Source of the DNA: Parcubacteria group bacterium Gr01-1014_38 | GTDB lineage: Bacteria > Patescibacteriota > Andersenbacteria > UBA10190 > CAIZMI01 | DNA: 64,000 nt | NCBI GenBank assembly: GCA_007376145.1 | Contig: VMFP01000001.1 | Span: 122,835 to 186,834 of the forward strand | Direction: 5' to 3' | Part shown: in pieces, positions 56,826 through 64,000 of the stretch | Numbering within the stretch: the first letter of the stretch is position 1 | Layout of the letters: the number at the start of each line of letters is the position of its first letter | Notes under the pieces: generated by a model | Seen by the model: only the letters and a program-made list of their open reading frames with translations | Databases searched by the model: none | Told to the model about the DNA's origin: nothing | Made by a program: the position numbers and the translations under genes

Positions 56826-58901
56826 TTACTCCATCACTGGTCGGAGTCCAAGGAGCCCGCGAGAGCGATGCGTGGTAAGGAGGTCGCGCGGAGAGACCGT
56901 TCGGTTTCCAACGCCAAAGTGAGGAGCCGATTTCTCCTGCGGGGCAGCGCGGAGTGTTGGCGCCTCACCAGGGCTCGTTCCTTCGGTGGTGAGCAGCGTG
57001 ATGAATGTTCCCGGCTCTTGAACCAGCAGCGGCTCAAGAGAGAAACGCACCCACTGGTTATCGTCTTCGCCGCGGATCGGGAGACGATTTGCGCGGACAT
57101 CGGGTCCCTCCACGGTCTGGCGGAGACGGAGGACGAACGTTCCCATATCCGCGCGTCCGGAATAGGTTGCGACGAGTGTCTCCACGCCACGGAGCGTTCC
57201 GGCGGAGACGGGAAGCTCCGCCACCACCACTGATTCCTGCGTTAGCTCGCCGAGAATACCCGTATAGGCCGGCTGGTGGTATACCCATGCGTAGGGCAGC
57301 CCGTTCACCGTCGCGGTGAAGACGGGCGTCCGTCGGCGGTAGTATTCGTCGATGAAATCGTTCGCGGGGTGATCGGGAGACCGGCCAAACATGTTGCGGT
57401 AGAGCACGACGTATCCAACCCGGAGTTGATCTCGGGCACTCAAATGAAAGACTGGCCGGTGGACGAGCGCCTTGAGCTCTTCTGGGTACCAGGAGGCCAC
57501 GGCGATCTTCCCGCCGTCATCGAGTTGATTGAGGTACCGCGCAACCTGATCGAGTCCCTCCCCCCAGCCGAGCTCCTGACTGAAGCTTGGTGGAAACAAG
57601 CGGTTATAGTACGCGAGCGCATACGGGCCAAGGAAGAGAAGTTCTCCCGCCAGCGGCAGGACGGCAAGGAGGAACACCGTTTTTGCCGCTCGGGCTTCCG
57701 TCCACTGCGGACGAACACGGCTGACGAGCGCCGCCAGCCCGATCACGCCGAGGAGGTTCACCACGGGGAACACGGGAAGCAGATAGCGGTCGCCCTTCTT
57801 GGCCCCAAACGTCATGGCCGCGGTGAAGAGCACGACGAACGCGAGAAGGATCCAAAGCGTACGGCGGGATGTCCCGCTCAGCGTCGCGAGCTTTGGCATG
57901 CTTACCGGCAGAAGCAGGAGAAGGGCGGCCAACCCGATCAGTGAAGGGATGGTCGTGCGTGCGAGCAGCGTGCTGGGGTAATGCCAGGGCTTAATGCTGT
58001 ACGCATCGGCCATGTGGTGCGGGGTAGAGAAAGCCGCCGAAAGGTCACGCTGAACAATTTTGACGTTTCCCACCGGATCCGGTACCCAGAGCAATCCCGG
58101 CCACAAGACCAGGGTCGTCGCCACGATGATCACCAGCCACTGCCCGAGAAGGCGAAGGCGGACTCGCCCCTCTTCCCTCCCCCAGGCCTGCCGATCCGCA
58201 AACAGGCTGAGTGTTGCCATGGGCAGCAGAATCAACCCAGGGATCTTCGAAAGGATCGCGAGTGCGCCAAAGATTCCCGACCAGACGAGCGCGGCGGAGG
58301 GCACGGTGTGCGGATGTTCCTCTCTCCCCTGCATTGCGGCGAGAAAGAGGATGAGCGAGAGTGCGGTAAAGCCCGCGAGGAGCGCGTCGACATGCACCAC
58401 CTTGCTGTAGCCGATCAGGAACGGATCGAGCGCGATCACGAGTGCCGCTGCACGTGCCACCCAAGGTCTCGTCAGGCGCCGCAGAGCAAGGAACAGCGCG
58501 GCGACCAGTACGCTGTTGAGGAGCGCGAACGTCACCTGGGTCCCCTGGATGAAGAGTTGGAGCGACTCTGCGGTGAACGGGATATTTTTTAGGCGTGCAA
58601 TGATCCGCACGCTGATTCCCACCAGCCACAGGGTGGGAATGCCCGGATGCGTCGTCTGCAAGGTCTCATTGAAGTGAAACTCCTGGACCGCTTGGAGGAA
58701 ATTCACGCCTCGCCCCATCCAGCTTTTCTCGTCTGCGGTCAGGAACAGGCCAATACCGATGAGGCGTGGCGCCAGGGCAATGAGGAAGAGTACCCCGGTC
58801 TCACCAAGGAGTTTCCGACGTTCTGGAGACTGCAGCCATCGCCGCATTCGCACCGAGTGTACCACCGGTGAGGCCTCCCTGCCCTTTGAGGCGCGGGACA
58901 T
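56826..58901 (-). CDS. GT-C glycosyltransferase, ArnT/PMT-like (GT39/GT83), paralog 1
   Basis: First-loop DE motif LTADEKSWMGRG, about 11 TM helices, C-terminal soluble domain (...DNQWVRFSLEPL...). Start taken at ATG 58901; alternative GTG at 58919. Confidence 0.7.
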   Translation of the reverse strand: MSRASKGREASPVVHSVRMRRWLQSPERRKLLGETGVLFLIALAPRLIGIGLFLTADEKSWMGRGVNFLQAVQEFHFNETLQTTHPGIPTLWLVGISVRIIARLKNIPFTAESLQLFIQGTQVTFALLNSVLVAALFLALRRLTRPWVARAAALVIALDPFLIGYSKVVHVDALLAGFTALSLILFLAAMQGREEHPHTVPSAALVWSGIFGALAILSKIPGLILLPMATLSLFADRQAWGREEGRVRLRLLGQWLVIIVATTLVLWPGLLWVPDPVGNVKIVQRDLSAAFSTPHHMADAYSIKPWHYPSTLLARTTIPSLIGLAALLLLLPVSMPKLATLSGTSRRTLWILLAFVVLFTAAMTFGAKKGDRYLLPVFPVVNLLGVIGLAALVSRVRPQWTEARAAKTVFLLAVLPLAGELLFLGPYALAYYNRLFPPSFSQELGWGEGLDQVARYLNQLDDGGKIAVASWYPEELKALVHRPVFHLSARDQLRVGYVVLYRNMFGRSPDHPANDFIDEYYRRRTPVFTATVNGLPYAWVYHQPAYTGILGELTQESVVVAELPVSAGTLRGVETLVATYSGRADMGTFVLRLRQTVEGPDVRANRLPIRGEDDNQWVRFSLEPLLVQEPGTFITLLTTEGTSPGEAPTLRAAPQEKSAPHFGVGNRTVSPRDLLTTHRSRGLLGLRPVME

Positions 58902-59663
58902 CCTGCATGGCTCTACCACGCGAAAGACCGATTGTCAAACTCTTGACACGCGCTACGGACGGTACCATACTCGCTTCCACTGGTGTTCTTTGTCATAAAG
59001 TCGTGCCGGTCAGACGGTGACGAAACTCCGAGGAGACGCGCAAGCGTCAAGAGAGTCCCGGAGGTGACCGTTCAAGCCGGTCGAATGCGCGCAGAAGGGT
59101 AGGAATAACATTTCACCTTCCAGGTGTTGCCCTCGTCGCACACAGCAGGACTCGATGAGGGAAATTCCCCACGCCTGAAGGAGGTAGGTGGAACAGTCCA
59201 AACTGCGTACACGCTTGTCTCTTCCGGCCGGAAACGACAAGCGGCGCTACGCGGGGGAGTAGCCGTCGAACGGAGAATACTGCGTGTATGCAGGAAGTTC
59301 AGTCTCAAAAGGGCTCGCGGACTCTCGTGGCATATTCGTGAACCTCATGAATATGTCTAGTGGCATATTCATATAAACCTCATGAATATGACGCGGAAGG
59401 AGTACTGCCCTGGACGGACTTCTTGATATACCGCATGAAGGGAATATTCCCCTCGACGCTTGCGAAGAGAGGAGGAACCTGCCCCTTCTAAGACTAAACC
59501 TATTCTTCTGCGCGATTTGTCCTCTTTCATTGTCGTTCCCAGGCACCATTGTCGTTCCCAGACATCAGGGCATTTGCTCTCTTTATGTCCGTCTGGCCGG
59601 GGCATTTGCTCTCTTTTGTCTGGGAGCACCCCCGCTCGTCCCCATCGGCGAGCGGGATTTTTC

Positions 59664-61649
59664 TTATTCCGAGTGCGAGGCGTCTCCTTGGTAGACGAGC
59701 GCGTATGCGAGATCCCCTTCTGCGAGAGACGCCGCCCGCTTCTCTCCCGACCGGAGCGGTCGTCGGAGCACCACCAGGCGTCCCGGGAGGATGTCGTTCG
59801 GTTGATACCGAACGGTGACGGCATTGCCGGGCTCCCCGGAGGGCGAAGTGAGCGCAACGTAGTAGGTCACCCCCTTAGAGTTCGGGAGCGGTTCAAAGCG
59901 AATTTCTTTCCAGGCGTTGTCCTCCAAACGGCTCACGCCTATCCGGACCGTGCGCAGATCGGCACCGTCGGGATTCTCGCGGACGTGGAGGAGAAGCTCC
60001 CCCCGATTGCTCCGAGACGAGAACGTCGCAAAGACCAGCCGTACGCCGCTCAATCCATCCGATTCCGCGACGACTGTTTGGCCGACCTCGACCGTTGTCG
60101 GGGCATTCCCGGTACCGCGCTCCGGCGCGCCGGCACGGACAATTTCTCCTACGTGCTTTGGAAAGCGATCCACAGAATCTCGCGCGTAGATCCAGGCCAT
60201 CTCGAGACCGACAACGCGGATTACCGCTACCGGTTCCACGTTTGCAAATTCCTCGAGGACCCTCGTCGGACCGGAATCCGCCGGTCGCCCCCGCATATTT
60301 CGATAGGTCACCACGTAATCCACGCGCGCATCATCGCGGCTGCTTAAGCTCATGGTTGTCCCGCGGAAAAACTCCCGGAAGATGATGGGATACCAGGTCG
60401 CCACCTGGAGTTCTGGAGCAAGGGGATGGGCATTGAGTACTGCCGCAGCCCGCTCGAGTCCTTCGCCCCACCCCGCTTGGGTGGGCTCTTCCTTCGGACT
60501 GAAGGGACTGACGTACGCCAGGGCATAGGGACTGAGCTGAAGGTTGAGAACGGCAAGAACGCAGATGGTGCCGGCGGCGAGAAGTTTTCCGAAGCGATCT
60601 CGGCGGATGAGTTCACCGAGGCTGACCCCCGCGAAGACATCGAGCACGAGAAGTGCCGGAAGAAGGTAGCGATCGGCGCGCTTCTCTACGAGATTCACGA
60701 AGAGGAAAAACCCTCCGAAGAAGAGGAGGAATACCAATGCCTCCCGGCGCCGGTGGGCAGCGCGAAGACATGCGAGCGCTCCCAGTGCGGCGAACAGGAG
60801 AGTGACCGGCGTCGTGCGGGCAAGAAGCGCACGGGCGTAGAAGAGATTGTCGCGCGTCCGGACTTCCGCCGATTCACCGAAGTGTGACAGCGTAACGACG
60901 GACTGGACGTCGCGAGCAGCGTATCGGACATTCGGGAGAACGTTCAGCCACATGGAGGGCCACAGAATCAGGAAGGTCGCGGTGGTAACACCGACCCAGG
61001 TCGCCGTATCGCGAATCCATCGAGCCCGCATGTCTGGAACGAGCAGAAACACCCCGGCGGCGAAGGGGACGAGGAAGACCGCCGGGAGTTTCGTGAGCAG
61101 CGCGAGCCCCCCGAGAAATCCGGAAAGAACAAGAATCCGGCGTGCGCCTTGGCGGACGTACCAGAGGGCGGTAAGGACCGAGAGGAGCATGAGAATCGCG
61201 AGGAGGGCATCCACATGCGCGAGCTGGGAATACCCAACGAAAAACGGATTCAGGGTAAGGAGCACGCCAGCACCAAGACCACTGCGGACACCCCAGAGTC
61301 GTGCCACGAGGGCAGCAGCCATCCCGGTCCCAAGGGATACCGCGATGGCGATAGGAAGCTTCCCCGCGGAACGGAAGGAGCCGACGGTCGGGCTTTCCAT
61401 GCGCTCTCCCGTCAGCCATTCTCGCGCTTCAATGCCCGCACCGATGAGAAGCATCGCGGTGACGCCGGGATGGGTTCCCTGGAAGGTGCCGCCGGGATCC
61501 CCACGGCGGAGCGCAGTCGTGAACGACTGCGCGCGGAACATCCACTGCGGTTCGTCCGCGGTGAGGATCGCGCCGAGACCCTGCAGTCGAACGAGCAGCG
61601 CGAGCGTCGCCGTGATAAGTCCTACCATGACGAGCGGACGGAATGCCAT
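59664..61649 (-). CDS. GT-C glycosyltransferase, ArnT/PMT-like, paralog 2
   Basis: ILTADEPQWMFRAQSF DE motif, multi-TM core, C-terminal domain ...LRTVRIGVSRLEDNAWKEIRFEPLPNSKGVTYYVALTSPSGEPGNAVTVRY. Confidence 0.7.
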   Translation of the reverse strand: MAFRPLVMVGLITATLALLVRLQGLGAILTADEPQWMFRAQSFTTALRRGDPGGTFQGTHPGVTAMLLIGAGIEAREWLTGERMESPTVGSFRSAGKLPIAIAVSLGTGMAAALVARLWGVRSGLGAGVLLTLNPFFVGYSQLAHVDALLAILMLLSVLTALWYVRQGARRILVLSGFLGGLALLTKLPAVFLVPFAAGVFLLVPDMRARWIRDTATWVGVTTATFLILWPSMWLNVLPNVRYAARDVQSVVTLSHFGESAEVRTRDNLFYARALLARTTPVTLLFAALGALACLRAAHRRREALVFLLFFGGFFLFVNLVEKRADRYLLPALLVLDVFAGVSLGELIRRDRFGKLLAAGTICVLAVLNLQLSPYALAYVSPFSPKEEPTQAGWGEGLERAAAVLNAHPLAPELQVATWYPIIFREFFRGTTMSLSSRDDARVDYVVTYRNMRGRPADSGPTRVLEEFANVEPVAVIRVVGLEMAWIYARDSVDRFPKHVGEIVRAGAPERGTGNAPTTVEVGQTVVAESDGLSGVRLVFATFSSRSNRGELLLHVRENPDGADLRTVRIGVSRLEDNAWKEIRFEPLPNSKGVTYYVALTSPSGEPGNAVTVRYQPNDILPGRLVVLRRPLRSGEKRAASLAEGDLAYALVYQGDASHSE

Positions 61650-61660
61650 CGGGGTCTTGG

Positions 61661-63445
61661 CTACTCCCGCCCACCGCGCGACTCGACTGAGCTCGTCGAA
61701 GTCCGGCGGAGAATCGTAATGGGGTTCCCGAGATTTTCGATTTCGGCGATGGGTTCGAACTCCGCGTTCACGAACTGTTCAATCTCGGGGTACTCCCGGA
61801 AGTAGGAAAAGGCGGTCAGCTGCTCATGGACCACCCACCGAATGTCCGAGCGGACGGCGGCGACCATCGCTTCTACGGGCGCCATGTAGATGTTGCGAAC
61901 CTGCGGCTCGATATAGCCGTAGGCGTAGTGGGTCGGGTGGGCGACGTCAAACAAGACCCGGTGCCCGGAGAGTACGGGAAGAGCGACGGCAGCCGTGAGG
62001 ATGGGCTCTTCCTTTGGAACCTGGCGTCGGAGAACCGCCGCGGCTTCCTCCAGCGACGAACGGTCGAATGTTCCGGTATGCGCGAAGACGTATCCGGAAC
62101 GAGCCGAGGCGTACGCGCCCCACGCCACGAGTACTCCGAGGAGAACCAGGACGGGAGCGCGGCGCCGGTACTCGGCGGCAAGCCAGGCGCCTCCGAGCGC
62201 AGCGAGGAGGGTGAGCGGCGGGAGAAACTCCGCGAGGTAGTTCGCAGTAAACTTAATCCACGAGGCGTAGAGGACCGTGGTTCCCAAGAGCCAGAGGAGC
62301 GGAACACCGACAGCAGGCAGGATTGTCTTCCGTAATGCCGGAACCTCCTCCTCTGGGCTCGGGGCCTGTTCTCGTGAGGAGACAGCAAGGATGGCGATGC
62401 TTGCGCTCATCACGAGCCAGAACGGCCAGAGGGCAAACGCGAAGTGCTCCGGACGCTCGTACGCTTGAAGGAAGCGACCAGAGAACCAGACCGCGGCCAG
62501 CGGGATGAGCCATCCCACGCGCGACCAGCGTCGGCCCCGCGCGGTGGAACGGAGAATCTGCTCCATGCTTGCGCCAAGACCGACGAGCGCAAGGAACAAC
62601 ACTGGCAGTCCCTCACGGAAGATCGGGAGCACTCCCTGAATAAGGGCGCGTCGGCGCTCTTCGGCAGTCGCGGTCGTGTCTGGATCGATTGCCGCGACGT
62701 CGACCCCAAGGAAGTACCGGACACCGGGCGTTCCGTACCAGTGCTGGATTTCCGCCGTGAGTCCGCCAAAGGCAATGAGAAATCCCACGAGCGTCCAGCC
62801 GACGCGTTGGAGGCGTGCGCGCCACGGGAGCGTCGAGAAGAGCAGAATCCCCAGAGCGGGGAGCGCGGCCGCGGCGGATGTCTTTCGTGCGCCGAACGCG
62901 AGTGCCAAGAGGACGCCGGCAAGGACGAGGAGCACCCACCCAAGGATCCTCCGCCGCGCTCGGTTCTCTTGAGGATTCACCAGACTGTGCGCGAACAACG
63001 CCAACCCGCCGGCGAGGAGCAAGAGTTGGAGCGGTTGCGCATGAAGGTAGATGCTGAAAATCACCGGAGCAGCAGGAAGGAGCCACAGACCGGCGATGCG
63101 CAGCGATGGGAGGCCTTTTCCATGAGCATTGCGGCCCAGCGCGAGCAGAGGAAGAAGCGTGAGAAGACTCGCGACGATGCTCACGAGCCGACTCGTGAGC
63201 ATCGTCGGTTCGGGCTTGAGACGGAGAAAGGCGGCGACGACCTGAACCACCGTCGGGGTTTTTAAGATTCCATCTCCTCCCGGGAGCCGTCCGTGAGAGA
63301 ACGTCCACGCGTCGTAGAGCATGCTCCCCTCGTCGTTGGTGACGGGTAAACGTTCGGCATACAGGAGACGGAAGAAGAACCCGCCGAGGAGAAGCACCGC
63401 AAGCATGAAAAGGAGCACCGGCCGGCGGACCCGAGGGCGGATCAT
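61661..63445 (-). CDS. GT-C glycosyltransferase, ArnT/PMT-like, paralog 3 (internal ATG 63445 with AGGAG RBS; reading frame stays open upstream to the window edge)
   Basis: PVTNDEGSMLYDAW DE motif and multi-TM core after MIRPRVRRPVLLFML; GTAGGAGCCCCCCCG precedes ATG 63445. Confidence 0.6.
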   Translation of the reverse strand: MIRPRVRRPVLLFMLAVLLLGGFFFRLLYAERLPVTNDEGSMLYDAWTFSHGRLPGGDGILKTPTVVQVVAAFLRLKPEPTMLTSRLVSIVASLLTLLPLLALGRNAHGKGLPSLRIAGLWLLPAAPVIFSIYLHAQPLQLLLLAGGLALFAHSLVNPQENRARRRILGWVLLVLAGVLLALAFGARKTSAAAALPALGILLFSTLPWRARLQRVGWTLVGFLIAFGGLTAEIQHWYGTPGVRYFLGVDVAAIDPDTTATAEERRRALIQGVLPIFREGLPVLFLALVGLGASMEQILRSTARGRRWSRVGWLIPLAAVWFSGRFLQAYERPEHFAFALWPFWLVMSASIAILAVSSREQAPSPEEEVPALRKTILPAVGVPLLWLLGTTVLYASWIKFTANYLAEFLPPLTLLAALGGAWLAAEYRRRAPVLVLLGVLVAWGAYASARSGYVFAHTGTFDRSSLEEAAAVLRRQVPKEEPILTAAVALPVLSGHRVLFDVAHPTHYAYGYIEPQVRNIYMAPVEAMVAAVRSDIRWVVHEQLTAFSYFREYPEIEQFVNAEFEPIAEIENLGNPITILRRTSTSSVESRGGRE

Positions 63446-64000
63446 CGGGGGGGCTCCTACGGCTGCCAGCGCGAGAGCGACTGCCGCTCCGCCGGTCAGC
63501 GAGAAGACGGTGACGCGCCGCGTTTCTTTGCGCATGAATCGCACGGCGTCGAGGACTGCGAGACGCACGCGTTCCCCGAGCGAGATGCGATGCACGACCG
63601 CAAAGGCGAGATCGGCGCTCCGCATCTCCGCTTGCTGAACGGCCTCGGGCGCATTCCGCTCTCCGTGGAATACGTAGAGGCTGGAGGGTCCGCCTTTCAC
63701 GTATGGATTTCCTGCACTGAAATCAACGGTGATCGCGTCTCCCGGTCGAGACTGCGGAGAGCGGAGCGACGCGTAATAGGTCTGCCCCGAGGAGTCCAGG
63801 ACTGGCGCAAACGTGAACGTGTACCATTCGTGGTCCCGGAACTGGCGGGCCGGAACGCGAGCCGTTCGGAGTGCGGTGGGAGCATCGGGACTGCGGCGCA
63901 GCTCAAACACGACTTCCCCCGTTGCTCGCCGGTTGCTGTACGTCGCAATCTGGAACGCGACGCCGCGTAAGGATGGGCGCAGCGATTCAAACGTTTGGCC
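63446..64000 (-). CDS. C-terminal domain of an upstream GT-C paralog (paralog 4, N-terminus beyond window) continuing in frame, with no stop, into paralog 3
   Basis: Own translation to the window edge: GQTFESLRPSLRGVAFQIATYSNRRATGEV-VFELRR...LRTARVPARQFRDHEWYTFTFAPVLDSSGQTYYASLRSPQSRPGDAITVDF, which aligns with the C-terminal domains of paralogs 1 and 2. Confidence 0.5.

Noticed and set aside
59329-59617. Possible CRISPR array suggested by short tandem repeats
   Set aside because: Only two copies of each repeat, irregular spacing (19 and 32 nt), no cas genes; more consistent with operator sites or direct repeats than CRISPR.
1-64000. rRNA genes, tmRNA, RNase P RNA, SRP RNA
   Set aside because: No stretch resembling conserved rRNA helices or the tmRNA/RNase P/SRP consensus cores was recognised by eye. 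Cannot be fully excluded without covariance-model search.

Overview
High-GC (~63-65%), gene-dense bacterial chromosomal window, read mostly on the minus strand. Housekeeping genes identified by protein motifs: pyrG (partial), rplI, acylphosphatase, ctpA, aspS, tRNA-Lys(UUU), the hrcA-grpE-dnaK-dnaJ heat-shock operon with a perfect CIRCE operator, corA, pgsA-like, pgeF, cysS, dnaB, recR, an M16 peptidase, rplU, secA and mreB. Accessory content: (a) a RelE/RHH toxin-antitoxin pair plus a lower-GC small ORF inserted between dnaK and dnaJ; (b) an IS481-family insertion sequence next to pgeF, with an orphan terminal-repeat copy 2 kb away; (c) a ~2.6 kb low-GC island (FGE/SUMF1-like, SDR, NUDIX) after cysS; (d) a PIN-toxin module whose 5' end is duplicated as ~98-bp direct repeats flanking a ~3 kb lower-GC cassette encoding a lipoprotein and a 625-aa protein with a possible caspase-like His/Cys dyad; (e) a ~14 kb cell-envelope glycosylation locus of five GT4 glycosyltransferases, a polytopic membrane protein and three to four ArnT/PMT-like GT-C paralogs, two of them apparently fused in frame, interrupted by a 740-bp repeat-rich noncoding region and lying beside a PEGA-domain surface protein and mreB; a separate WecA-like/GT2 pair lies at 31-34 kb. 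Also noted: a secreted beta-propeller gene split by one in-frame TAG, an AspRS lacking the GAD insertion domain, a UvrD helicase fused to a Cas4-like nuclease, and a structured leader upstream of rplU. No rRNA or CRISPR array found. Gene content (PEGA protein, many PMT-like GT-Cs, compact AspRS) weakly suggests a Patescibacteria/CPR-like or other high-GC lineage; this is inference only.
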